Of a stretch of 25,077 bases of DNA, positions 15,633-24,673 are shown in pieces (the first letter of the stretch is position 1; every line of letters begins with the position of its first letter). The notes below the pieces were generated by a model that saw only the letters and a list, made by a program, of their open reading frames with translations, did not search any database and had not been told where the DNA came from. Origin of the DNA: an uncultured Anaerolineae bacterium (GTDB lineage: Bacteria > Chloroflexota > Anaerolineae > S140-20); assembly GCA_964607235.1 (NCBI GenBank), contig CAZSJU010000012.1:1-25077 (forward strand). Reading direction: 5' to 3'. The position numbers and the translations under genes are program-made.

Positions 15633-16748
15633 TTATTTTTCCACGCGGGGCAGCGTCATCGTAAAGGTAGTGCCCTGATCTAGCTGGCTCTCGACTTGAA
15701 TCTGCCCACCGTGCAGTTCGACGATGCCTTTGACGATGGACAACCCGGCGCCAATGCCTCGTTGTTCCAAGAGTTCGCGGTTAATTTGGTGCAGGCGCTT
15801 AAAGAGATGGGGCATATCTTGGGCCGCGATGCCGATGCCCTCGTCTTGAACGGTCAGATAAATCCATTTTTCGTCAGCCGTGGCCCGCACGACGACGCGT
15901 CCGCCTTTTTCCTTGGAAAATTTAATAGCGTTATCTAGCAGCCGTATCAAAGCATCTTTGATATACTCAACTTGTAACGACGTGCCGGGTAAAAAAGCGG
16001 GAATGTCCATCTCTAGTTGAACGTGATGCGCCTGGGCTTGGGCCCGTTGTTGATCGATCACGTCCGCGATTAACTGGCCCAGCTCGGTAAAATATTCGCG
16101 CTTCCAGCGAAATGTGTCGAGCACTTCACCGGTCTCGAGCATTACCAGGAAGATAAAGTCGTCCACCAATTGTCGCAGGCGGTCGCTGCCCTTTTTCATA
16201 CGTTGCAAAAAGTCGCCCAGTTCTTCTACACTCAGTTCGTCTGGGCCCTCTTGCAGGATCAAGTCCAGATAACCGTGGACGTAGGTCAAAGGCGTGCGGA
16301 ATTCGTGGCTGAGGGTGTTGAGGATGTTGTGTTTTAGCTTGGCCATCTCGGCTTCGGTGACGGCCTTGAGTGCCGCGGTGCGTTCGAGTTTAGCGCTCAC
16401 CGCCACCAACAAATCCTCCGGCTCGAAGGGTTTGGTCAAATAGTCGTCAGCGCCCAATTGCTTTCCCAGTCGGACATCTATGCGCTGATCTTTGGCTGTG
16501 AGAAAGATAAAGGGAATGCCGAACCATTTTGGGTTGGCGCGTACTGCCGAAAAGAACTGATACCCGTCCATGCGCGGCATCATAATGTCCGAAACGATGA
16601 GCGCTGGAGAGTTTCGTTTCAGCAGGTCTAACGCTTCTTGTCCATCTAGAGCGGAAATCACTTGGTAATCCGCCATTTCCAATATATCCCGAATGCCATC
16701 CAGCATGATGGTGTTATCTTCGACTACCAGGACGGTAACTTTTGACAT
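15633..16748 (-). CDS. Hybrid response-regulator receiver / histidine kinase (REC-HisKA-HATPase_c)
   Basis: N-terminal receiver (VLVVEDN...IVSDIMMPRMDG...LTAKD). H-box LSHEFRTPLTYVHGYLDL. C-terminal HATPase (LIRLLDNAIKFS, DEGIGIA, GIGAGLSIVKGIV). 12 nt after the upstream kinase stop. Confidence 0.85.
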   Translation of the reverse strand: MSKVTVLVVEDNTIMLDGIRDILEMADYQVISALDGQEALDLLKRNSPALIVSDIMMPRMDGYQFFSAVRANPKWFGIPFIFLTAKDQRIDVRLGKQLGADDYLTKPFEPEDLLVAVSAKLERTAALKAVTEAEMAKLKHNILNTLSHEFRTPLTYVHGYLDLILQEGPDELSVEELGDFLQRMKKGSDRLRQLVDDFIFLVMLETGEVLDTFRWKREYFTELGQLIADVIDQQRAQAQAHHVQLEMDIPAFLPGTSLQVEYIKDALIRLLDNAIKFSKEKGGRVVVRATADEKWIYLTVQDEGIGIAAQDMPHLFKRLHQINRELLEQRGIGAGLSIVKGIVELHGGQIQVESQLDQGTTFTMTLPRVEK

Positions 16749-16760
16749 CTTGGTCCTCCC

Positions 16761-19700
16761 CTAGTCAAGGTTTTGATCGAGCCCGGATTGTGCTTGGCGT
16801 TCTGGTGGAATGGCGGCCGGCAAGCCAACGGTGAACAGGCTACCGACGCCCACCTGGCTATCAACGGTGATCCACCCCGCGTGTTTTTCCAAGATATCTT
16901 GAACAATGGACAGTCCGAGTCCCGTGCCGGCGCTCATGTGGCGGTGGTTAGGGCCACGGAAAAAGCGATCCCAGATGTGCGGCAGGTCGCCGGGCGCAAT
17001 ACCCACGCCCGTATCTTGGACGGTAAAGATGATCCATTGCCCGCGTTGGTCTGTGCGCTGACTGAGATTGAGCGTGACTTGACCGCCTGGCTCGGTATAG
17101 TTGATGGCGTTGGCGCTCAGGTTCATGACCATTTGGACCATTTGATCTCGGTCAGCCTCTAACCACAGGTCGCCGCGTTCCGCCCGGCATGCGTTGGTCA
17201 GCGTGATGTGCTTGGCGGCGGCTTGGGGCGCCAGTATGGTCATCACGTGAGAAACCACATCGTATAGGTTTAACCGTGCTTTGGCCATCTTGCTCGCACC
17301 GGCTTCTAGCCGCGAGAGATCCAGCAAGTCTTGGATCAGATTTTCCAGGCGATTGACCTCTTGTACCAATACTTGCTGATAGGCTTTGCGCTTTTCTGCC
17401 CGGCCTTTTTCCAGCAACGACAGATAGAGTTTCAGGTTTGACAGCGGCGTGCGTAGTTCGTGGGATACGGTCGAGACAAATTGCGATTTCAGATGGTTGA
17501 TTTTTTCAAAGTGTGTGACGTCGTGCAGCACGATGACGGTGCCCATTTCTATGCCCTCTTGGATAATTTTTGCCGCCCGAGCTTGGAGCGTTTGCCCTTT
17601 CAAGGTGATGGTAGAACCGGGCACCGCGCTGTCAGGCTGTTGGGTGACCGTGCGTATGAAATCGTGCAACCGTTTGGATTGCTGGGGAATGTCGAGCAAG
17701 GCCTCGGCTGCGGGATTGGTCAACAGGATGTTTGATTGGTTATCGACGACAAAGACACCGTCCGCGACGCTGCGCAAGATGGCCTCGGTTTGCTCTTTTT
17801 CGCGGCGGATTTCGGACGTGCGCGTTTCGACTTGGGCTTGCAAGGAGGACGCGTACTGGGTCAGCGCTTGGTACAGTTGCGCGTTTTCGTAAGCGATGGC
17901 CGCGATGCCGCCCAGCGTTTGCATAAAGTCAAGGTCGTCGCTCGTCAAATAGTCCCGTTCTGACGCGGTGACGACTTCCAAAACCCCGATGTCTTGGGCT
18001 TGCCCGCGCAGCGGTGCCGCTGCGCGGTAGCCGCGTTTGCCAATGACCGTGGGGCCTACCCATTGTTGGGGGTTCTCGCGTTGCCCCCAGAGCACGCCCT
18101 CGTCCGAATGTAACACCTGCGTGACCTGCTCGGCCGCGGCCGCAATGGCGTCACTGTCTTGAACAGAAAGAGTGCCCAGGGCTAGATGGGGATAGAGATC
18201 TTTTTCATCGTTGTGCAGCCACAACATCGCGCCGCCGGCTTGCAGTTCGCTCACCGTAATCTCTAGTATATGTTGTAATAAAGTGCGCGAGGCCAGTACG
18301 GAGGAGAGGGAACGTGCCGCTTCGTAAAGACGCCGCAGCCGTCGTTCTCGTTCGCGCGTGTGACGATAGAGCACTGTGTTTTGAACCGCCACGCCGATTT
18401 GCTGGCCGATGGCCCTGAGCAAGTTGATTTCGTGGGGTTGTAGCTCGCGCGGACGATGCCCTAGCACGGTGAGCAGGCCCACGGTTTGATCTTGGGCGGC
18501 CAGGGGAATGGCGGCATAGCACCGATAGTCTGACAGGAATGGGATGGGCGACCGGGGATCCCGGTCAAAATCGCCAATGATGGTGGATTTCCCGCTGGAC
18601 ACCGTCTCTTGGTAAAGCCCTTTGTCCACGCTCATCTCTAGTATGCCGCGCACGACGTCCGAGGTCAGGTGTTTCTGGCTGACCAGGTTGAGCGTTTGCT
18701 CGCCCTCTTGGTACAGGTGGAACGCTCCGGCGTCTAGCTGCATCTCGTTCAACAAGACAGATAGCGCCTCATCCAGCAGCGTTTCCAGGTCAAAAGAATG
18801 GCTGACGATGGCCGACAGCTTGTTGAGGACCGACAGCTCCCAGTTGCGCTGCCGGGTTTCTTCCCAGAGGCTCACCTTTTCCAGCGCTGTGGCGACCTGG
18901 GTAGCGATGCCACGGCATAATCGCTGGTGACCGGCGTCAAAAGCATTGGGCTGGCGGCTTTGAACCGTCATCACCCCCACCAGTTGATCGCCCGCGATTA
19001 ACGGGAATCCCATCCAGCATCGGACGGGGCTTCCGACCAGGACGCCGCGCGCCGGCAGGCGCTCTTTTTGTGTGTCGTTGATGATCAATTCTTGACGGTT
19101 ATGCGCCACCCAAATGGTTAAACCCACGTGATCTTGGAGGGACAACCGTTGGGGGGAAAGGGTTTGCCCCCCATCGCGAATGAGTGCATAGTTGAGCGCA
19201 TCGTTGGCCGCTTGATACAGCCCAATAGCAAAGGTATCCGCCCCGGTGGCCCGGTGGATGGCCTGATAAGTCACGTCTAGTACGTCAGAGACGTTGAGCT
19301 GGGCGCCCAAAGCCAGGGCAACCTGGTACAGCGTAGACATGTCTTGGTTACGCCGTTTCAGGTCTTGATACAGTTGCGCCCTTTCGACTGCCGCCGCTGC
19401 CTGGTCGGCCAACAGGCTCAGCACGTGTTGCTCGGCCTGGTCAAAGCGATGGACGCTCAAATAGGTGAGCGTAAAGACACCCAGCACCTGCCCGCTGCGG
19501 ATCAGGGGATAGCCGGCGATGGCCTTGACGTGCCACGCTCTGGCTTCTGGCGTCTGGTAGAGGGGGTGCCGCGCGGCGTCATTGATCAACAGCGGCGCTG
19601 CCTTTTGGGCGACTTGGGCGACCAGCCCATCGGGGCGTGGCTGGTTCACCGCTGGCGTGGTGCCGCCGCTCCGTTCGCGCGCCGCAGCAAAGTGAAACCC

Positions 19701-20420
19701 TTTTGGGTCTACCAGGTAGATGTGACAGTTGTGCGCGGCGGTGATTTCTAGCGCGGCCTCTGTGATCGCTTCCAGCAGCACGTTGATTTCCAGGGCGGCG
19801 CTGAGCTTAAAGCTGACGTCTTGCAAGGTGGCCAGTTCTTTGACGCGCCGTTGGGCGTCTTGATAGAGACGGGCGTGCTCGAGCGCGGAGGAGATCTGTG
19901 ACACAAAAGCGCGCGTCGTAGGCACGCTTTGCTCGCCCAGGTCACCGTGCACCAAGAGCAACCCTTCCACCTGGTCGGCGATGAAAAAAGGCAGTAGGGT
20001 GGCTTGGTGCAGGTTAAAATGTTCGGTCACCCACGCGATCAACGCCGCGTCGTCAGTGCCCAACATCTGGCTGATGGCTTGTGTGGCGTCATCCAGGTAG
20101 ACGGTCTCACCTTGCAACACCCGCTCCCAAAAGTTCAGGCGCGTGACGGGCACGCACAGGTCGCTGGGATCCGATCCGATCTTGGCCGCGAATTGATCTT
20201 GGTTCGCTTGGGCATAAGTCGTGTGCAGAGGACACAGGGCTTGCCTGTCCTTGCTGAGATACCACATGCTGGATAGCAGGCCCAACTCTAGCAGGACGTG
20301 TGCCACGGCCCGGTAGATGGCGTCCGGGTCCAGTTGATTATGGGCTGCCAGGGCAGCCTTGTTCAGTGCTTCCCACACCTGTTCTTGTGTGGTGGGAGCG
20401 TCTCGATTTGGGGTTTTCAT
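16761..20420 (-). CDS. Large multi-GAF / PAS sensor histidine kinase (1219 aa)
   Basis: Several GAF-like modules (repeating L..A...D...IY, G.P.....G motifs). A PAS-like segment (ILRSVADGVFVVDNQSNILLTNPAAE). HisKA SHELRTPLSNLKLY. HATPase N/G1/G2 boxes (NLSANAINYT, QDTGVGIAPGDL, GTGLGLSIV). Confidence 0.85.
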   Translation of the reverse strand: MKTPNRDAPTTQEQVWEALNKAALAAHNQLDPDAIYRAVAHVLLELGLLSSMWYLSKDRQALCPLHTTYAQANQDQFAAKIGSDPSDLCVPVTRLNFWERVLQGETVYLDDATQAISQMLGTDDAALIAWVTEHFNLHQATLLPFFIADQVEGLLLVHGDLGEQSVPTTRAFVSQISSALEHARLYQDAQRRVKELATLQDVSFKLSAALEINVLLEAITEAALEITAAHNCHIYLVDPKGFHFAAARERSGGTTPAVNQPRPDGLVAQVAQKAAPLLINDAARHPLYQTPEARAWHVKAIAGYPLIRSGQVLGVFTLTYLSVHRFDQAEQHVLSLLADQAAAAVERAQLYQDLKRRNQDMSTLYQVALALGAQLNVSDVLDVTYQAIHRATGADTFAIGLYQAANDALNYALIRDGGQTLSPQRLSLQDHVGLTIWVAHNRQELIINDTQKERLPARGVLVGSPVRCWMGFPLIAGDQLVGVMTVQSRQPNAFDAGHQRLCRGIATQVATALEKVSLWEETRQRNWELSVLNKLSAIVSHSFDLETLLDEALSVLLNEMQLDAGAFHLYQEGEQTLNLVSQKHLTSDVVRGILEMSVDKGLYQETVSSGKSTIIGDFDRDPRSPIPFLSDYRCYAAIPLAAQDQTVGLLTVLGHRPRELQPHEINLLRAIGQQIGVAVQNTVLYRHTRERERRLRRLYEAARSLSSVLASRTLLQHILEITVSELQAGGAMLWLHNDEKDLYPHLALGTLSVQDSDAIAAAAEQVTQVLHSDEGVLWGQRENPQQWVGPTVIGKRGYRAAAPLRGQAQDIGVLEVVTASERDYLTSDDLDFMQTLGGIAAIAYENAQLYQALTQYASSLQAQVETRTSEIRREKEQTEAILRSVADGVFVVDNQSNILLTNPAAEALLDIPQQSKRLHDFIRTVTQQPDSAVPGSTITLKGQTLQARAAKIIQEGIEMGTVIVLHDVTHFEKINHLKSQFVSTVSHELRTPLSNLKLYLSLLEKGRAEKRKAYQQVLVQEVNRLENLIQDLLDLSRLEAGASKMAKARLNLYDVVSHVMTILAPQAAAKHITLTNACRAERGDLWLEADRDQMVQMVMNLSANAINYTEPGGQVTLNLSQRTDQRGQWIIFTVQDTGVGIAPGDLPHIWDRFFRGPNHRHMSAGTGLGLSIVQDILEKHAGWITVDSQVGVGSLFTVGLPAAIPPERQAQSGLDQNLD

Positions 20421-20451
20421 GGCCGCCAGCTTTAAAATAGATTACTGTGAC

Positions 20452-20479
20452 TATTATACAGCAAAAATCGTGGTGCTCA
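20452..20479 (-). promoter_or_regulatory. Sigma70-like promoter for the sensor kinase operon (minus strand): TTGAGC, 16 nt, TATAAT
   Basis: On the minus strand, TTGAGC (complement of 20474-20479), 16-nt spacer, perfect TATAAT (complement of 20452-20457). About 30 nt upstream of kinase start 20420. Confidence 0.45.
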
Positions 20480-20495
20480 AATCGTTCTGGCGTTT

Positions 20496-21218
20496 TTAGC
20501 GCTCCCCCAGGGGATGCTTGGCGGGCATCCCCGGTCGGCGAGGGTACTTGTCGGGGGTGCAGGCGATTTTGTTGATGAGCACCAGGTGTCGCGTTTCTGC
20601 CAGGCCGGGCAATTCGACGGGCAACAGGCGGCCCAGGCGGCCGCCCAAAATCTGGATGGCGGACTCGGCGGTAGCCGTTTCGGCAGCAGCCGTTTCCCCC
20701 TTTTGAGCCAGGCAATGTCCACCCAGGCGGCACAGGGGCAACAAGTACTCGACCAGCGTCGGCATAGTGGCCACAGCGCGCGCCACTACCCAGTCATACG
20801 CTTCGCGGTGTTGGGCCTCCTGGCCGATCTGTTCCGCCCGGGCGTTGATGATCGTCACGTCGCCCAGTTCCAAGCGTTCTACTATGTGCTGCAAAAACCC
20901 TGTCTTTTTGCGCGTGGCTTCCAACAGTGTCAATCTCAAGTCGGGGTAGACGATTTTTAGGGGTAAGCCAGGAAACCCTGCGCCACTGCCCACGTCAATC
21001 AGGCTTTGTCCGCGCAAACTGGCGTCCATCACCAGCAAACAGGAAAGGGAATCGAGAAAATGGCGAATTTGAACGCCCTCAGGGTCGGTGATGGCCGTCA
21101 GGTTGAAACGCGCATTCCAGGTTTTTAGCGCTTGATAATATGTCTGGAACGCCCGATTTTGTCCCGGCGTCAATTGTAGCCCCAGCAAACGTTGGACGTT
21201 GCCACCTAGTCTTTCCAT
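20496..21218 (-). CDS. rsmG: 16S rRNA (guanine527-N7)-methyltransferase RsmG (GidB)
   Basis: MERLGGNVQRLLGLQLTPGQNRAFQTYYQALKTWNARFNLTAITDPEGVQIRHFLDSL...LIDVGSGAGFPGLPLKIVYPDLRLTLLEATRKK. Classic RsmG N-terminal and SAM-binding motifs. Start chosen at the internal ATG 21218 (alignment to RsmG N-termini); ATG 21236 is an alternative. Confidence 0.85.
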   Translation of the reverse strand: MERLGGNVQRLLGLQLTPGQNRAFQTYYQALKTWNARFNLTAITDPEGVQIRHFLDSLSCLLVMDASLRGQSLIDVGSGAGFPGLPLKIVYPDLRLTLLEATRKKTGFLQHIVERLELGDVTIINARAEQIGQEAQHREAYDWVVARAVATMPTLVEYLLPLCRLGGHCLAQKGETAAAETATAESAIQILGGRLGRLLPVELPGLAETRHLVLINKIACTPDKYPRRPGMPAKHPLGER

Positions 21219-21325
21219 AAACTGCCTTGACCTCATTTGCAGACGTGACTTTTATTTTTCCGATTATACCCCAGGCCGTCGCGCGCGTCGAGTGGGTGAC
21301 CGCTTGGGTGTTTGCCCTTGGCGCC

Positions 21326-21355
21326 TTGCCATCAATGTGCCAATCACAGTATAAT
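21326..21355 (+). promoter_or_regulatory. Sigma70-like promoter for the beta-helical repeat protein gene: TTGCCA, 18 nt, TATAAT
   Basis: TTGCCA at 21326-21331, 18-nt spacer, TATAAT at 21350-21355. About 45 nt upstream of ATG 21400. Confidence 0.45.
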
Positions 21356-21399
21356 AGGGGCATAATCTCTTTTATATCCAAAAGATCAAGGAGCGGGTG

Positions 21400-21996
21400 A
21401 TGGCACAGCAGAAAGAGTTAAACGGCGACGTTTCTGTCAAAGGCAAGGACTTGGGGGATGTCACAGCCAACGCGGTATCTATCAAGCACGGTAATGCTCA
21501 AGACATCAAGGGCACGTCGGTAGAGATCACGCTGGGCACGGCGGGAGCCGTGCAGGCTGAACATGTGACCTTGCGTCAGGCGTCTGCGCAAGCGGTCAAG
21601 GCCCAAGACGTCATCATTCGTCAAGGGGCGGCTGTCCGGCTAGAGGCGGAGACGGTCAAAGCGACCCAGGCAGCCCTGGCATTCACCCAAGCGCAGCGCG
21701 TGACGGCCGTGGGCGGTCAAATAGGCGGCTTGTGGGCTGGTCAGGCCGAGTTGGACCAGTCAGCGGCCGGGGTGGTCATCGCTCCCCGAGGGACCTCGCG
21801 CGTGGAACAATCGGCCGTCGGCGCGCTGCTGACCGGCAAAGCCGAGGTGCGCAACGGCGTGGCCGGTTTGATCATCGCCGCCAAGGTAGAGGGGGATTGC
21901 CAGGCGTTGTTTGGCACCCGTGCCGCGCTGGCTTTTGGCGCTGCCTTGGGCGCTGTGTTGGGGATAGTGCTGCGCCTGACGCGGCGCGAGCAGTGA
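21400..21996 (+). CDS. Bactofilin-like (polymer-forming cytoskeletal) beta-helical repeat protein with C-terminal hydrophobic tail
   Basis: SD aaggag 6 nt before ATG 21400. Sequence is built of ~17-18-aa repeats with the V.G..V.A..V.I..G pattern typical of bactofilin/DUF583 right-handed beta-helices. C-terminal AALAFGAALGAVLGIVLRL is hydrophobic. Family call is by pattern only. Confidence 0.4.
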   Translation: MAQQKELNGDVSVKGKDLGDVTANAVSIKHGNAQDIKGTSVEITLGTAGAVQAEHVTLRQASAQAVKAQDVIIRQGAAVRLEAETVKATQAALAFTQAQRVTAVGGQIGGLWAGQAELDQSAAGVVIAPRGTSRVEQSAVGALLTGKAEVRNGVAGLIIAAKVEGDCQALFGTRAALAFGAALGAVLGIVLRLTRREQ

Positions 21997-22097
21997 TTTT
22001 TCTTCACATTACACTTTTTCCCGGAAATATGGTATATTCATAGCAATATGCCGTCTTGGCTAGCGCGTGACATGCATTGAGGTAGGGAGGGGCGAAC

Positions 22098-23312
22098 ATG
22101 AGTGACAGTTTACAAATGGCCGTCTTGAGCGTGATGACCATCGTGGTGTTCATTGCGGATGGTTTGTACGTCCTGAACAAAAAAGAGCAGGTGGGCATAA
22201 AGCGCATGTTGGGCATTATCAAGGTGATGCTGGCCCTGTTGTGGATTTCGTTCAGCGGCTGGTACCTTTCTGGGGTGCTGGGTGCGATCGCCGGGCTGCT
22301 CATCTTTGCGATGGTGATCCTGGGCGCTGCTTATTTTGTCTCTTTCACGTTCGAATTGCCCAACTTGACGGATGCCTTTTTTGCGACCCTCAAACTGATT
22401 TTCGGATACCCTTTTACCATGGTCAAGATTTCTGGGGGTCTCGTCGAGCAAAAGTCGCGCGGGATGCCCGGCATTAAAATTGGCGGCCCCGGGCTGGTCA
22501 AGGTAGAAGTGGACAGCGCGGCGGTGTTAAAGCGGGGTGGTAAGCCGGTGGTCGTCGGCGTGGGGACGCACATGCTCGGACCCGGCGACAATGTGATCGA
22601 GGCGATCGATTTGCGCCCCCAGTCCCGTGGGGGCGAGATGACGGCGATGACCAAGGACGGCATCGAGATCACGGTGCCCTACTTTGTGGGCTTTCAAATA
22701 GATACCGGGGGACGGGAACCCACCTCCGAGGACCCTTGGCCTTTTTCCGAAGAGGCGGTGTTAAGGGCCGTGTTCCGCAGCAAGCAAGTTAGTCCCACCG
22801 GAGCGAGTCAGTGGCACGAGCGCGTGCCCGGCGTGGTGTCGGGCAACGTGCGCGAGATGGTCGCGTCGCACTATTTGGAAGATTTTTTCAAACCGGAGCA
22901 AGATGGCGTTAACCCCCGCGGAGACCTGAAGCAGTCGTTGAAGGACCAGTCTGTAGGTGGTGCCAATAACGTCGGCGCCCAACTGAATTGGGTCAACTTT
23001 GCGACGCCCAAAATTCCTGACGAGACAGTCAAAAAGTACATTGAGCACTATACCAAAAAACTGCAAAGAAGAATTGAGTACATTGAGGCCGATATCAAGC
23101 AAATTGAGGCGAATGCTCAACTACAAACGTTGTCAACGCTGGTCGAGGCTTTTAAAGAATTGACATCGGCGGACACTAAAATTGATCAACTGGTGCGCAT
23201 TCGTTTCGTGCAGGCGTTGGAAGCCATAAATAAAAAGGCGTCGACTTTTGTGTTGCCGCAAGCCGCGATTGCGGCTCTGACGCAACCACTTGCGGAGGAG
23301 GAAAAGCTGTAA
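22098..23312 (+). CDS. SPFH/band-7 (flotillin/stomatin-like) domain membrane protein
   Basis: Three N-terminal transmembrane helices. Then an SPFH-like core (PGLVKVEVDSAAVLKRGGKPVVVGVGTHMLGPGDNVIEAIDLRPQSRGGEMTAMTKDGIEITVPYFVGFQI), comparable to the PGlhf..P.id.v..vdlr.q...TkD...v.vd..v.yrv pattern. C-terminal coiled coil. SD gggagggg before ATG 22098. Confidence 0.6.
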   Translation: MSDSLQMAVLSVMTIVVFIADGLYVLNKKEQVGIKRMLGIIKVMLALLWISFSGWYLSGVLGAIAGLLIFAMVILGAAYFVSFTFELPNLTDAFFATLKLIFGYPFTMVKISGGLVEQKSRGMPGIKIGGPGLVKVEVDSAAVLKRGGKPVVVGVGTHMLGPGDNVIEAIDLRPQSRGGEMTAMTKDGIEITVPYFVGFQIDTGGREPTSEDPWPFSEEAVLRAVFRSKQVSPTGASQWHERVPGVVSGNVREMVASHYLEDFFKPEQDGVNPRGDLKQSLKDQSVGGANNVGAQLNWVNFATPKIPDETVKKYIEHYTKKLQRRIEYIEADIKQIEANAQLQTLSTLVEAFKELTSADTKIDQLVRIRFVQALEAINKKASTFVLPQAAIAALTQPLAEEEKL

Positions 23313-23323
23313 CGGCATCTTGG

Positions 23324-23605
23324 CTAAATATCGTCAGCTTTAGAGATCAGCCAATCTTCAGCCAGGAGAGAGGGGGGGAGCAAGCAGCCTTTTTCATCCC
23401 ACGTGCGCGCGTCCAATCTTTGACGCTGAATTTGAATCTCGACGCCCAGCCCTTGCGCGACGACCATTAATGCCGTGACATAGCCGTCCAGATAAGCTTC
23501 CAGTTCGGGAGAACCGGGCAACCGTTGGGCCGTTTCCAGCACGGCAGTTTGGGCCGCTTGTAAAAGATTTTCGATTTCTCGTTTCGATCTCAGGTCCCAT
23601 CCCAT
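23324..23605 (-). CDS. Hypothetical small protein (93 aa)
   Basis: ATG 23605 with SD ggaga 7 nt upstream. No recognisable motif. Confidence 0.4.
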   Translation of the reverse strand: MGWDLRSKREIENLLQAAQTAVLETAQRLPGSPELEAYLDGYVTALMVVAQGLGVEIQIQRQRLDARTWDEKGCLLPPSLLAEDWLISKADDI

Positions 23606-23719
23606 CGTCTATTCTCCATCACTTTAACCATATCCAAATCTAGGGGTAGAACTTGTGTTCTGCCTGGGTTTATCTTATCGCAGCTTGTGCAAGATGTCAA
23701 CCAATCTGAGAGGTTGCTC

Positions 23720-24667
23720 ATGATGGATTCTATAGAACTCACCAAACCGGTGCTCGTCATTGGAGCCAGCAGCCTTGACGTCAAGGGGCGTGCGCTGGGG
23801 CCGCTGGTCGCGGGCACTTCAAACCAGGGGTTGGTGCATAGCAGCCTGGGCGGCGTGGGGCGCAACATTGCCGAAAACCTGTCGCGGCTGGGCGTGCCGA
23901 CTGTGCTGTTGTCAGCCGTCGGCGCCGATGGGACCGGGAAACGGCTGATGGCGCAAACGGCCGACAGTGGCGTGGACATCCGTCACGTGCTGGTGGATGC
24001 CACGGGCCGTACGGGCAGTTACATGGCGATCCTCGATGACCGTGGGGCGCCGGCCGTCTCTATCGATGACATGGCCATTTTGAATCAACTCACGCCGCGC
24101 TATATTAATGACCGCCGGCGATTGGTGCGCGACGCCGCGTTGGTTGTGATTGATGGGAACCTTTCGCCCGAGGCGATCAAGACCGTCTTTCGCCTGGCGC
24201 AAAAGTACGGGGTGCCCGTGTGCGCCGACCCGACCAGCAAAAACCTGGCGCTGCGCTTAAAGCCTTATCTGGACCAATTGTACTTGATCACGCCCAACCA
24301 GGTCGAAGCTGAAACGTTGTTGGATCTGGAGGCGCCTATCAGCGGGCGTAGCACGGCCATTGCCGCGGCCAAGGGGTTGGTGGCGCGCGGCGTCGAGATC
24401 GCTGTGGTCGCTCTGGCCGAGATGGGGGTGTGTTACGCCACGTCGAACGAGAGTGGACACGTGCCGGCGCTGGACATCGACGTGGTAGACTTGACGGGCG
24501 CGGGGGACGCGCTCACCTCGGCCGTCATCTTGGGCTTGTTGGAAGGGATGCCGATGAACGAGGCCATCCGTCTGGGCGTGTCGGCAGCCGCGTTGGCGCT
24601 CCAGTCGCGTGAAACGGTGTGTCACGACCTCAGCCTGGAAAGATTGTACGACCAGTTGATCCTGTAG
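23720..24667 (+). CDS. PfkB-family carbohydrate/ribokinase-like kinase
   Basis: N-terminus VLVIGASSLDVKG. C-terminal anion-hole/ATP motif DLTGAGDALTSAVILGLLEG. Start at ATG 23720 (SD gagagg 6 nt upstream). The ORF-track start at 23687 is a GTG with no SD. Confidence 0.85.
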   Translation: MMDSIELTKPVLVIGASSLDVKGRALGPLVAGTSNQGLVHSSLGGVGRNIAENLSRLGVPTVLLSAVGADGTGKRLMAQTADSGVDIRHVLVDATGRTGSYMAILDDRGAPAVSIDDMAILNQLTPRYINDRRRLVRDAALVVIDGNLSPEAIKTVFRLAQKYGVPVCADPTSKNLALRLKPYLDQLYLITPNQVEAETLLDLEAPISGRSTAIAAAKGLVARGVEIAVVALAEMGVCYATSNESGHVPALDIDVVDLTGAGDALTSAVILGLLEGMPMNEAIRLGVSAAALALQSRETVCHDLSLERLYDQLIL

Positions 24668-24673
24668 GTCCAG

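Noticed and set aside
17449-19751. Plus-strand ORFs inside the large histidine kinase gene
   Set aside because: Antisense to a kinase frame with H-box and ATPase motifs.
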